From: Candidatus Binatus sp.
GTDB taxonomy: Bacteria > Desulfobacterota > Binatia > Binatales > Binataceae
Length of the DNA: 64,000 nucleotides
Reading direction: 5' to 3'
NCBI GenBank assembly: GCA_050010075.1
Contig: JBEKLS010000002.1
Location: 3,501 to 67,500 of the forward strand
Shown: one piece after another, positions 25,199 through 34,755 of the stretch
Numbering within the stretch: position 1 is the stretch's first letter
Layout of the letters: every line of letters starts with the position of its first letter
Notes under the pieces: model-generated
Told to the model about the DNA's origin: nothing
The model's input: the letters and a program-made list of their open reading frames with translations, nothing else
Databases searched by the model: none
Position numbers and translations under genes: made by a program

Positions 25199-27585
25199 CA
25201 CGGCCCAGACGAATGCTGTTCGTCGAGGACTCGGCCGACGACGCTGAGATGACTGCGCGTGCGATCCGGGCGGGCGGCTGCGAGCTGAGCTACGAGCGGG
25301 TGGATACGGCGGAGGGAATGCAGGAGGCGCTCAGGGCCGGCGGCTGGGACCTGGTGATCGCAGACTACTCGATGCCGTGCTTCCACGGCCTGACCGCATT
25401 GAAGATGCTGCGCGAATCGGGACTCGACGTGCCGTTCATCCTGGTCTCGGGCGCGGTGGGCGAGGACCTGGCGGTCGAGGCGATGCGATGCGGCGCGGAC
25501 GACTACGTATTGAAGAGCAACATGAAGCGGCTGCCGGTTGCGGTCGAGCGCGAGCTGCGCGAGTACGAAGATCGCGGCGCACGCAAACGTGCCGAGGGGC
25601 GCTACAGCAGCCTGGTCGAGCGTTTGCCGGTGGGATTGTTCAGATCCTCACTGGCTGGAGACATCCTCGAAGCCAATCCGGCGATGGTCGAGATGCTGGG
25701 TTTCAGCGATGTTGAAACTCTCAAGGTAGCCCGTAGCCGGGAACTCTGGGCGCGGCCGGAGGACCGTGCGAAGCTCTTCGAGACGCTGGAACGCGACGGC
25801 CTGGCGCAGAATTTTTCGATCGAGGTGCGCCGGCCAGACGGCAGCGTCATCTGGTGCGAGCAGAGTGTGCGCGCCGTCTACGACGACGCCGGCAACGTCG
25901 TGCAATACGAAGGCGTGCTGGTGGATATCACTACCCGCAAGCGGGCTGAGGAGGAGGCGAATCGGGCGCGCGATCGGGTAGCCGACCTCGCACTTGAGAC
26001 GGCACGGATTCGATCGGAATTCCTGGCCAACATGAGCCACGAGATTCGGACGCCGTTGGTCGGAATCGTCGGCACTGGAGAGCTGCTGTCGCGCTCGGAT
26101 TTGACGCCCGCGCAGCGGCGCCAGGCCGACATAATTCGATCGAGCGGCGACCTGCTGCTGACCATCGTCAACGACATCCTCGACTTCTCGAAACTCGCGG
26201 CGGGCCGCGTCGTGCTGGAGAAGCTCGACTTTGACCTGGTCGCATTGACGGAAAATCTAATCGATTCCTTTGCCGTGGCAGCGCGCGCCAAAGGGATAGA
26301 GTTGGCGCTGTTTGTCGACCCCAACCTGCCGGCCGGTCTGCGCGGCGATGAAAGCAGGCTGCGGCAGGTGCTCAACAACCTGGTGTCCAACGCGATCAAG
26401 TTCACTGAGCGCGGCGAAGTGATGGTTCGCGCCATCAAAGTGGCGGACGCGAGCGACGACCTCGTGCGCTTCGAAGTGACCGACACCGGAATCGGGATCG
26501 CGTTGGAGGCGCAAGGACGGCTGTTTCAGCCGTTCGTTCAGGCTGAAGGCTCGACCTCGCGCCGCTACGGCGGGACCGGACTCGGCCTCGTGATCGCGGC
26601 CAAATTGGTCGATCAGATGGGCGGCGAAATCGGATTTGAGAGCGAGCCCGGACGAGGATCGAATTTTCATTTCACGGCGCGGTTCGAGCGAGGGGCGGAG
26701 ATTATTCATCCATGGATGAACGAACGGGCGATCGCATGCTTCAGAGGAATGCGCGCGATCATCGTGAACAACAGTCCGGCCGCCCGCCAGGTAATCGCCG
26801 AATATCTCACGTCGTGGGGAGTCGAGTACGTCATGGCCGGCAGCGAGGCCGACACGCTGGACATGCTGAAGCAGAAGCCGAGCGACGCCGGGAAGCAAAT
26901 CGTCGCGCTCATCGATGAAGAAAGCTCGGAAATGGGCGCGATCAGCTTCGCGCGTACGATCAAGAACAGTTGCGACCCGAAAAATCACAAGGTGGTCGTG
27001 TTCAGCGTGGAAAGCGTCGTGAAGAACGCGGCCGAAGTGGTCGACGCATGGATTACCAAACCGGTGCGGCCGTCGCACCTGTTCAGCCGTCTGCTCGAGC
27101 TGTGCGGAGAAAGTGAAAGCGTCGCCGCCGCCCGGAATATCGCGGCGCCTGATCGTGCGGGCATCGTCGAGCAGCCGTCGTGGCGCAGGCCGGTGCGGGT
27201 GCTGTTGGTGGACGACAACGTGGTGAATCGCACGATCGGGGCGCAGCAGCTTGCGGCGCTCGGCTACACGGCGAAAATCGCGGACGGCGCGCGGCGAGGG
27301 TTGGAGATCGTATTCGGCGGCGGTTGCGATATTGTTTTGATGGACTGCGAGATGCCGGAGATGGACGGTTACCAGGCGGTGGCGGAGATCAGACGGCATG
27401 AAGGCGAGGGCCGGCATACCGTGGTAATCGCGCTGACCGCGCACGCGGCCGAAGGCGATCGGACTCGATGCATGGGCGCCGGAATGGACGACTATCTGAG
27501 AAAACCGGTCAAGCTGCAGACGTTGGCGCAGATGCTCGACAGCTGGGTGCGCGGCAGACCAAGCCAGGCCGTCGCTATGCAGTAG
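25195..27585 (+). CDS. hybrid sensor kinase: REC-PAS-HisKA-HATPase-(degenerate REC)-REC
   Basis: 796 aa. N-terminal receiver (MLFVEDSADD...VIADYSMP). PAS domain. H-box LANMSHEIRTPL. ATPase boxes NLVSNAIKFT, DTGIGI, GGTGLGL. C-terminal receiver (VLLVDDNVVNR...VLMDCEMPEMDG...ALTAHA...KP). The GTG start overlaps the upstream stop (GTGA). Confidence 0.9.
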   Translation: MTRPRRMLFVEDSADDAEMTARAIRAGGCELSYERVDTAEGMQEALRAGGWDLVIADYSMPCFHGLTALKMLRESGLDVPFILVSGAVGEDLAVEAMRCGADDYVLKSNMKRLPVAVERELREYEDRGARKRAEGRYSSLVERLPVGLFRSSLAGDILEANPAMVEMLGFSDVETLKVARSRELWARPEDRAKLFETLERDGLAQNFSIEVRRPDGSVIWCEQSVRAVYDDAGNVVQYEGVLVDITTRKRAEEEANRARDRVADLALETARIRSEFLANMSHEIRTPLVGIVGTGELLSRSDLTPAQRRQADIIRSSGDLLLTIVNDILDFSKLAAGRVVLEKLDFDLVALTENLIDSFAVAARAKGIELALFVDPNLPAGLRGDESRLRQVLNNLVSNAIKFTERGEVMVRAIKVADASDDLVRFEVTDTGIGIALEAQGRLFQPFVQAEGSTSRRYGGTGLGLVIAAKLVDQMGGEIGFESEPGRGSNFHFTARFERGAEIIHPWMNERAIACFRGMRAIIVNNSPAARQVIAEYLTSWGVEYVMAGSEADTLDMLKQKPSDAGKQIVALIDEESSEMGAISFARTIKNSCDPKNHKVVVFSVESVVKNAAEVVDAWITKPVRPSHLFSRLLELCGESESVAAARNIAAPDRAGIVEQPSWRRPVRVLLVDDNVVNRTIGAQQLAALGYTAKIADGARRGLEIVFGGGCDIVLMDCEMPEMDGYQAVAEIRRHEGEGRHTVVIALTAHAAEGDRTRCMGAGMDDYLRKPVKLQTLAQMLDSWVRGRPSQAVAMQ

Positions 27586-27634
27586 CCAACGGCAGGGTCC
27601 CCGCGCCAGCAGCGGAAGCGAGCTACACTTTGCT

Positions 27635-27663
27635 TTGACCCTGCATGTCACTATACATAATGT
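27635..27663 (+). promoter_or_regulatory. candidate sigma70-type promoter directly in front of the glycosidase gene
   Basis: TTGACC (27635..27640), a 17 nt spacer, then TAATGT (27658..27663). The ATG at 27670 is only 6 nt downstream, so the transcript would be leaderless or nearly so. Motif match only. Confidence 0.3.
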
Positions 27664-27669
27664 AGGAAT

Positions 27670-30426
27670 ATGATTCAGCTTGTGATAACGCGGACGGCGC
27701 GGGCGTGGCGGGCGATTCTGACCGTCCTGCTGTGCCTCGCGCTGCCGGCTATTGCGCGGGCACAGACTGCCGACACGGTGTACACCGACGCGCTGGTCAA
27801 CGGCTGGACGAACTATAGCTGGGCCACGGTGAATTTCAGCAACACTTCGCCGGTGCAGGCGGGCAGCGACTCGATCAGCGTCAGCGCTGGGCCTTACCAG
27901 GCGCTGTATCTGCATCAGACGGCGTTCAACTCGAGTCTCTACGGGAACCTGGTTTTCTGGATTAACGGCGGATCGAGCGGCGGCCAGCTGCTGCAGGTGC
28001 AGGCGACGCTCGACGGCAACGCGCAGACTGTGGTGACTCTGCCGGCGCTCGCGGCGAACAGCTGGCAGGAGGTCAGCATCCCGCTGTCGTCGCTGGGGGT
28101 GGCGAATCAGCCGGACATGGACGGGTTCTGGATCCAGGATCGCAGCGGTACGACACAGCCGACGTTCTACGTGGATACCATCACGATTACGGCGCAGCCG
28201 CCGCCGAGCGCGGTGAACGTTACGGTGAATGCGGCGGATACGGTGCGGACGGTGGACGCGCGGCATTTCGGGCTCAACACCGCGGTGTGGGACTCGCTGC
28301 TCGACACCAGCGTCACGACCGGCCTGCTGACGGGGATGGGCGTCGGCTCGCTGCGATTTCCCGGCGGATCGTTATCCGACGACTATCATTGGGCCACTAA
28401 CACTACCGACAGCAATACCTGGACCTGGCCTGTGTCGTTCGATCAGTTTGCGCAGGTTGCTACAGCTATCGGCGCGCAGGTCTTTGTCACGGCTGACTAT
28501 GGATCAGGCACGCCGTCAGAGGCCGCAGCGTGGGTGACTGAATCGAACGTAACCAACCACTACGGATTCAAGTATTGGGAAATAGGTAACGAGGAATACG
28601 GCTCATGGGAGACTGACAATAACTCTGTCCCGCATGATCCTTACACCTATGCGGTGCGCTTCCAGCAATATTACACGCAGATGAAGGCGGTTGATCCTAC
28701 TATCAAGATAGGTGCTGTCTCGATTCCCGGTGAAGACAGCTATGCGAACAACACCAATCATCCGGTGGTCAATCCGGTAACCGGTGTCACGCACAATGGC
28801 TGGACGCCGGTGATGCTCGCGACGATGAAGAGTCTTGGCGTCACTCCGGATTTCCTGATCTATCATCAATATCCTCAAAACCCGGGTGGCGAGAGCGATC
28901 AAGGACTGCTGGCTTCCACCGGTGATTGGAGCAGCGACGCCGCCGATCTGCGGATGCAACTCAACGACTACCTGGGTGCTAATGTTGCGGCCGGGGTCGA
29001 ACTGGATAACACGGAGAACAACTCGGTCTCTTCCGGGCCGGGCAAGCAGACCACCAGCCTCGTGAACGGGCTATTCATGGCCGATAGCATTTGCGCGGCG
29101 ATGAATACCGAGTTCAACGCGGTTACATGGTGGGATCTGCGCAACGGTCAGGAGGCCGGCAACAATAATTCCGTGTCACTTTACGGATGGCGTCAATACG
29201 GCGACTATGGTGTCGTCGATAGCGCCAACCCGCCTGGTCCGGCCGACACCTATCCAACTTATTATGTCGAAAGGCTGCTGCAACACTTTGCGCGCGGCGG
29301 CGACCGGCTTGTCAGCGCCACCAGCGACTATCCCCTGCTTAATGTGTGCGCTGCGCAGCGGACCGGCGGCGGGTTGACCTTGCTGGTGGTGAATAACAGT
29401 TCGACTGACGCGCTCAATGCGAACATCACGATCGATGGCGTGTCGCCTGGCAGCGGTGGAACCTTGTATTCGTATGGGATTCCGCAAGACGACGCGGCTG
29501 AGACGGGCGTTGGGTCGGCGGACGTCGCGAGCAGCGCGTTGAGCGGGCTATCGACGAGTTTTTCCTACAGCTTTCCGGCCTACTCGGCCAACGTGATCGC
29601 ATTCGGCGGCAGCGGTGGCGCTTCGCCGACAGCTACTGCCACCGCCACGGCTACTGCTACGGCGACGCGGACCGCAACTGCTACGGCTACTGCGACGCGT
29701 ACGGCTACAGGCACTGCAACGGCTACAGCTACCGCGACGAAAACGGCGACTCTTACTCCGACTGCTACAGCCACTGCGACGAGAACTGCTACAGCCACGG
29801 CGACTCCAACAGCTACTGTGACAGTCACCGCTACTAGCACTGCTACAAGAACGGCGACAGCTACTGTCACCAGCACCGCGACTGCTACTCGAACTGCCAC
29901 CAGCACTGCTACGGCCACGAAGACGGCCACCGCGACTCGAACGGCTACAAGTACGGCGACTGCGACACCTACAGTCGCTGCTACTAGCACAGCTACTGCA
30001 ACTGAAACGAAGACTCCCACATCTACAGCTACTGCCACTTCTACGGCAACCAGGACAGCCACTGTCACTGCAACACCTACAGCTACACCTACCGCGACTT
30101 CGACGCCCGTGGCTAACGGCAAGGTTAAACCGACCAGCTTGAGTTTTCAGAAGCGGGACGTTGGGACCAAGAGTGCGGCAAAGACGATTACGCTGAAGAA
30201 TACCGGGGAGGGTGCTCTCAAGGTTACCAGCATTTCGACTAGCGCGGGGTTTGTTGAGACTAACACCTGCGTTGCGGCGCTGACGGCCGGGGAGAGCTGC
30301 GAAATCTCCGTGAAATTCGCGCCTACTGTTACCGGTCAGATCGAGGGTTCTTTGATGATCATCGATAATGCGGACAATTCGCCGCAGGTTGTCGGGCTTA
30401 GCGGCAAGGGGATTGCGGCTAAGTGA
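27670..30426 (+). CDS. secreted clan GH-A-like glycoside hydrolase (GH51/GH79-like) with N-terminal CBM-like domain, Thr/Ala linker and choice-of-anchor-D-like C-terminal domain
   Basis: 918 aa. Signal peptide ...LALPAIARAQT. A beta-sandwich-like N-domain. TIM-barrel signatures LRFPGGSLSDDYHW and YWEIGNEEYGSWE (NE acid/base motif). A ~165-aa TATATRTAT linker. C-terminus LSFQKRDVGTKSAAKTITLKNTGEGALKV...CVAALTAGESCEISVKFAPTVTGQIEGSLMI...LSGKG. The family assignment is tentative. Confidence 0.75.
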   Translation: MIQLVITRTARAWRAILTVLLCLALPAIARAQTADTVYTDALVNGWTNYSWATVNFSNTSPVQAGSDSISVSAGPYQALYLHQTAFNSSLYGNLVFWINGGSSGGQLLQVQATLDGNAQTVVTLPALAANSWQEVSIPLSSLGVANQPDMDGFWIQDRSGTTQPTFYVDTITITAQPPPSAVNVTVNAADTVRTVDARHFGLNTAVWDSLLDTSVTTGLLTGMGVGSLRFPGGSLSDDYHWATNTTDSNTWTWPVSFDQFAQVATAIGAQVFVTADYGSGTPSEAAAWVTESNVTNHYGFKYWEIGNEEYGSWETDNNSVPHDPYTYAVRFQQYYTQMKAVDPTIKIGAVSIPGEDSYANNTNHPVVNPVTGVTHNGWTPVMLATMKSLGVTPDFLIYHQYPQNPGGESDQGLLASTGDWSSDAADLRMQLNDYLGANVAAGVELDNTENNSVSSGPGKQTTSLVNGLFMADSICAAMNTEFNAVTWWDLRNGQEAGNNNSVSLYGWRQYGDYGVVDSANPPGPADTYPTYYVERLLQHFARGGDRLVSATSDYPLLNVCAAQRTGGGLTLLVVNNSSTDALNANITIDGVSPGSGGTLYSYGIPQDDAAETGVGSADVASSALSGLSTSFSYSFPAYSANVIAFGGSGGASPTATATATATATATRTATATATATRTATGTATATATATKTATLTPTATATATRTATATATPTATVTVTATSTATRTATATVTSTATATRTATSTATATKTATATRTATSTATATPTVAATSTATATETKTPTSTATATSTATRTATVTATPTATPTATSTPVANGKVKPTSLSFQKRDVGTKSAAKTITLKNTGEGALKVTSISTSAGFVETNTCVAALTAGESCEISVKFAPTVTGQIEGSLMIIDNADNSPQVVGLSGKGIAAK

Positions 30427-30447
30427 AGTCTAGCTGATAGCGGGCGA

Positions 30448-30486
30448 CCTAACCCCTAACCCCTTCCCCTGGTGGAAGGGGGACAA
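30448..30486 (+). repeat. family R1 hairpin repeat, copy c
   Basis: cctaacccctaaccccttcccctggtggaagggggacaag lies between the glycosidase stop and the pdhC stop. Its orientation is opposite to copy b at 21128. Confidence 0.9.
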
Positions 30487-30537
30487 GATAAAGAGAGGCT
30501 TCGCGTTAGCCGGATTAAGAAGCAGCCGGACGGATGC

Positions 30538-31986
30538 TCATAGTAGTAGGCTGGCTGGGTTTTCCAGGAAGCGCTTTAGTTCTTGCAGGAAGCGGCCGGC
30601 TACTACGCCGTCTACTATTCGATGATCGAACGATCCGGTCACCATCATGGTCTTGCCGACTGCTAACTGGCCGTTGCGTACTACCGGGCGATCCTTGATG
30701 GCGCTTACCGCCACGATCGCGGCTTGCGGCGGCACGATTACCGCGGCGAAGTGCTCGATGCCGAGCATCCCCATGTTAGAGATTGAAAAGGTCGCGCCGG
30801 ACAGTTCGTCTGAGGTGAAGCCGCCGCGGCTGGATTTGGCGACGAGGCGATGCGCGGCGCGCGAGATTTCCAGCAGCGTCAGCCGCTCGCACTCGCGAAT
30901 CACCGGCAGGATTAGGCCGTCTTCGATCGCGACTGCCACGCCGATGTTGATGTTGGGATGGATAACGATGCCTTCGTCGACGTAGCTGGCGTTGATGCGC
31001 GGGTAGCGGCCCAGCGCGAGCGCGCAGGCCTTTACGATGACGTCGTTGTAGGTGACGGTTTCCTCGAACAGCTCGGTTGCTTCGAGCGAGTCCTTCAGGC
31101 GGACCGCGTCTTCCATCGCGACTTCGACGGTGACGTAGAAGTGCGGAATCTCGCGCTTGGACTGGGCCATCCGCTTGGCGATCGTCTTGCGCATCGCGGA
31201 CAGTTCCTCGCGCGAGCCGGGCGCGCCTTCGCGCGGCGAGACCAGGCGGCGGAATTTGAACAGCTGCTGCTCGCGGACGAAGTTGTCGATGTCGCGCTTG
31301 GTCACTCGACCGTCGGGGCCGGTGCCGCGGACGTGCGCGATATCGACGCCGGCTTCCTCGGCGGCGCGGCGCGCCAGCGGAGAGGCGCGCAGCTTGTGGC
31401 CGTCGGCGGCCTCGGAGTCAGCCACGGGCGCAGCGGCCTCGGGCTGCGCGGGCGGAGCGGCGATCGCGGTTGGCGCAGCGGACAGATTCGCCGACATCGC
31501 GGGATGCACGTGCAAATCGCGGGCGGAGGCGTCGGTCACGACCGCGGCCGGCGCGATCGATTTCTTCGGCTTTTCAATTTTTTCATTGGCGGCCGGCGCA
31601 TCGGTTTTTTTCGCCGGATCCTTGGCGGCTACCTTCGGCTTTATTGCGACGGGCCTGGGCGAGTCCGAGGTGACCGCTGCCTCCGTGCCCGGATCTTCCA
31701 TCGCTGCTTCCGGGACGGGCTGAGCGTCAGACTTGGAATCTTTTGCGCCCGCGGATTTCAGCAGTGCGATCACCGCGCCGACCGGCGCGCTTTCGCCTTC
31801 GTTCAGTTTGATCTGCTCGAGCACGCCCTCCTCGAAGGACTCGAGCACCATGTCGGCCTTGTCGGTCTCGACCTCGGCAATCGCCTCGCCGCGCGCGATT
31901 TTGTCGCCGGGATGCTTGAGCCATCGGAGGATCTTGCCTTCCTCCATCGTGTCCGAGAGCTTGGGCATCGTGATTTCGTTGCTCAT
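30538..31986 (-). CDS. pdhC: dihydrolipoamide acetyltransferase (E2) of the pyruvate dehydrogenase complex
   Basis: 482 aa. Lipoyl domain with the EVETDKA lipoyl-lysine motif. Ala/Pro-rich hinge. Subunit-binding domain (ASPLARRAAEEAGVDIAHVRGTGPDGRVTKRDI). Catalytic domain ending in SFDHRIVDG. Confidence 0.92.
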   Translation of the reverse strand: MSNEITMPKLSDTMEEGKILRWLKHPGDKIARGEAIAEVETDKADMVLESFEEGVLEQIKLNEGESAPVGAVIALLKSAGAKDSKSDAQPVPEAAMEDPGTEAAVTSDSPRPVAIKPKVAAKDPAKKTDAPAANEKIEKPKKSIAPAAVVTDASARDLHVHPAMSANLSAAPTAIAAPPAQPEAAAPVADSEAADGHKLRASPLARRAAEEAGVDIAHVRGTGPDGRVTKRDIDNFVREQQLFKFRRLVSPREGAPGSREELSAMRKTIAKRMAQSKREIPHFYVTVEVAMEDAVRLKDSLEATELFEETVTYNDVIVKACALALGRYPRINASYVDEGIVIHPNINIGVAVAIEDGLILPVIRECERLTLLEISRAAHRLVAKSSRGGFTSDELSGATFSISNMGMLGIEHFAAVIVPPQAAIVAVSAIKDRPVVRNGQLAVGKTMMVTGSFDHRIVDGVVAGRFLQELKRFLENPASLLL

Positions 31987-32017
31987 GTTTCCAGCCCAGC
32001 GAGTTAGCGAACTAATT

Positions 32018-32992
32018 TCAGGTCAACTGCTCAGCCGCCTTGACGATGTCACCGGCGCTCGGCAGCGAAGCATGCTCGAGATGCTTGTTATACGGCATCG
32101 GACTGTCGAGCGCAGCGACGCGGGCGACGGGAGCGTCGAGCGAATCGAAGGCGGCCTCGTGGATCTGTGCGGCGATTTCGGCGCCGGCGCCGCCCGTGCG
32201 CCATCCTTCGTAAACGACGATGGCGCGCCCGGTTTTTTTCACCGACGCGACAACCGTAGCCATGTCGAGCGGGTTCAACGTGCGCAAATCCACTATCTCG
32301 GCGTCGATGCCGGAGTTCTCGAGCGCTTCAGCGGCGGCGATCGCGTCGTATACGCACTTCGAGTAAGTGACAATAGTCACATCCTTACCCTCTCGAACTA
32401 TACTTGCTTTGCCGAACGGCACCATGAACTCGGGATCTTCAGGCACTTCGCCCTTCACGCCGTATAGTGACTCGTGTTCGAGAAAGATCACCGGATCGAC
32501 TTGGCGAATCGCAGTTTTCAGCAGCCCTTTGGCGTCGGCCGGCGTGGCCGGGATGACGACGCGGAGGCCGGGGCAGTGGAGGAAATATGCTTCGAGGCTC
32601 TGGCTATGCTGCGCGCCAAGCTGATGGCCACCGCCCTGCGGCGCACGAATGACTATAGGCACATTGGCTTTGCCACCGAACATAAAGTGTATTTTCGCGG
32701 CGCTATTGACTATTTGATCCATAGCCAGTAGCCCGAAATTTATAGTCATCAACTCGACTATAGGTTTCAGCCCGCCCATCGCGGCGCCAATACCCGCCCC
32801 GAGAATAGTCAGTTCGGAGATAGGAGTGTCGCGAACGCGCTTTTCGCCATAGACGGCGAGCAGGCCGTCGGTGACCTTGAACGCGCCGCCGAAGTAGCCG
32901 ACTTCCTCGCCCATGATGAAGACGCGCTCGTCGCGATCGAGTTCCTCGCGCAGGGCCTGGTTCAATGCTTCGCGATAAGTGATCTGCGCCAT
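32018..32992 (-). CDS. pdhB: pyruvate dehydrogenase E1 component, beta subunit
   Basis: 324 aa. MAQITYREALNQALREELDRDERVFIMGEEVGYFGGAFKVT..., a transketolase-like pyrimidine-binding and C-terminal domain. Confidence 0.93.
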   Translation of the reverse strand: MAQITYREALNQALREELDRDERVFIMGEEVGYFGGAFKVTDGLLAVYGEKRVRDTPISELTILGAGIGAAMGGLKPIVELMTINFGLLAMDQIVNSAAKIHFMFGGKANVPIVIRAPQGGGHQLGAQHSQSLEAYFLHCPGLRVVIPATPADAKGLLKTAIRQVDPVIFLEHESLYGVKGEVPEDPEFMVPFGKASIVREGKDVTIVTYSKCVYDAIAAAEALENSGIDAEIVDLRTLNPLDMATVVASVKKTGRAIVVYEGWRTGGAGAEIAAQIHEAAFDSLDAPVARVAALDSPMPYNKHLEHASLPSAGDIVKAAEQLT

Positions 32993-33007
32993 CTTGATCT
33001 CAGCGGC

Positions 33008-34021
33008 TCACTTGTCCTCGGAGGCGTAGACGCCCTTGCCGAGTTCATCCATCGAAGGCTCCGGGCTTTCGTCGGCGAACTTGACCGCATCATCGATGGT
33101 GGCGTTGACTTCGTTTTCGACGTCCGTGAGCTTCGCTTCGGTGGCGCGCTTTTCGGCCAGCAGCTTGCGGCGCAGGTTTTTAATCGGGTCGCGCTCCTGC
33201 CAGATTCTCTCCTCGCGCTTCGAGCGATACTCGGCCGGATCGGACATCGAATGGCCGCGGAAACGGTAGGTGACGGCTTCGATCAGCGACGGGCCGTCGC
33301 CGGCGCGTGCGCGCGCAACCGCTTCCATCGTGGCGCCGTAAACCTCGAGCACGTCCATCCCGTCGACGCGCACACCGGGCATCTTGTAAGGCTCGGCGAA
33401 GCGGTAGAGCTCCTCCTGGCTGATCGCGTTCTGGACCAGCGTGCCCATCCCGTAGAAATTGTTCTCGCAAATGAAAACCAGCGGCAGCTTCCACAGCGAC
33501 GCCATGTTGAGCGTCTCGTGGAAGGCGCCCTGCGGCAGCGCACCGTCGCCAAAAAAGCAGCAGACGACTTCGGGGCCTTCGTTGTAACTGACCGCCAGCG
33601 CGAGGCCGCAGGCGATGGGCAGGCCGCCGCCGACGATCGCGTACCCGCCCATGAAGCGCAGGTCCTGGTCGAACAGATGCATCGAGCCGCCGCGGCCGCG
33701 CGAGATGCCGGTCGCCTTGCCGAACAGCTCGGCCATCACGACCCGCGGCTCGGCGCCCTTGGCGAGGCAATGGCCGTGCTCGCGATAGGTCGAGACGACG
33801 TAGTCCTTGTCGTACAGCGCGTAAATCGAGCCGACGGCGACGGCCTCCTCGCCGGCGTAGAGATGGCAGAAGCCGGTGATTTTGCCGCGGCTGTACATCT
33901 CGGCGGTCTTCTCCTCGAAGCGGCGGATGAGGGTCATGCGCCGGTAGAGGTCGAGAAGCTGGCTCTCGTGGAGAGTCAGGAGAGCGTGCTGAGCAGCGTG
34001 CTTGTCGCGTTCGAGCGCCAT
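33008..34021 (-). CDS. pdhA: pyruvate dehydrogenase E1 component, alpha subunit
   Basis: 337 aa. GFCHLYAGEEAVAVG, the TPP-binding motif GDGALPQGAFHETLNMASLWKLPLVFICENN, and YRFRGHSMSDP. Confidence 0.93.
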   Translation of the reverse strand: MALERDKHAAQHALLTLHESQLLDLYRRMTLIRRFEEKTAEMYSRGKITGFCHLYAGEEAVAVGSIYALYDKDYVVSTYREHGHCLAKGAEPRVVMAELFGKATGISRGRGGSMHLFDQDLRFMGGYAIVGGGLPIACGLALAVSYNEGPEVVCCFFGDGALPQGAFHETLNMASLWKLPLVFICENNFYGMGTLVQNAISQEELYRFAEPYKMPGVRVDGMDVLEVYGATMEAVARARAGDGPSLIEAVTYRFRGHSMSDPAEYRSKREERIWQERDPIKNLRRKLLAEKRATEAKLTDVENEVNATIDDAVKFADESPEPSMDELGKGVYASEDK

Positions 34022-34122
34022 GGTGATAAAGGCGCACAGCAGGCGGTGCGCGTGATCAAACTGTAGCCCTATCGTGAATCGAGGTAAACGGTGGTCAACA
34101 TCAATACAGTTGAGGGAGGAAC

Positions 34123-34749
34123 CTAAAAGAGCGGGCGTTGCGCCGAGGCTGCGACCGGCGAGAACGAGCGGCGATGGATTGGCGACGGGCCGAGCTTCGC
34201 GAGCGTCTGCAGATGCTCGTTGGTGCAGTAGCCCTTGTGTTGCGCAAAGCCGTAGCCGGGATATTCGGCGTCGAGATCAACCATCAGGCGGTCGCGGGTC
34301 ACTTTGGCGATGATCGAGGCGGCCGCGATGCAGAAACTCTTGCGATCGCCACCGACTATTTTTGTCTGCGGCAGATCGAGGCCGGGGATCAGGCGGCCGT
34401 CGACCAACACGTGGCCGGGCGCGAGATTCAGGGCGGACAGCGCGCGGCGACTCGCGGACATCGTGGCCCAGTAAATGTTGAGGCGGTCGATTTCGTTGAC
34501 CTCGGCGATGCCGACGCCGATTGCGATCGCACGTTCACGGATGGGCGTGAACAGCTCTTCGCGCTGCTCGTGGCTCAACTGCTTGGAATCATGCACGCCG
34601 CTGATGAACGTCTCGGGTGCGAAGACGACTGCGGCTGCGACCACCGGACCGGCCATCGGGCCGACGCCGGCTTCGTCGACACCGGCGACAGCGTCGATGC
34701 CGAGTTTCCACAGACGTCGTTCGTAGCGCAGGTCGGGTCGCTTGCTCAT
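34123..34749 (-). CDS. rnhB: ribonuclease HII
   Basis: 208 aa. GVDEAGVGPMAGPVVAAAV (DEAG catalytic motif), DSKQLS, AASIIAKVTRD, GYGFAQHKGY. Confidence 0.93.
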   Translation of the reverse strand: MSKRPDLRYERRLWKLGIDAVAGVDEAGVGPMAGPVVAAAVVFAPETFISGVHDSKQLSHEQREELFTPIRERAIAIGVGIAEVNEIDRLNIYWATMSASRRALSALNLAPGHVLVDGRLIPGLDLPQTKIVGGDRKSFCIAAASIIAKVTRDRLMVDLDAEYPGYGFAQHKGYCTNEHLQTLAKLGPSPIHRRSFSPVAASAQRPLF

Positions 34750-34755
34750 AGTGAC

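Noticed and set aside
26257-28266. 669-aa minus-strand ORF
   Set aside because: It spans the 3' part of the hybrid kinase, the intergenic spacer and the 5' part of the glycosidase on the opposite strand. It has no motifs and is implausible as a gene.
33180-34037. 285-aa alternative-frame ORF inside pdhA
   Set aside because: It is on the same strand but in a different frame from the pdhA reading frame, which carries the TPP motif. Its composition is Arg/Pro-rich.
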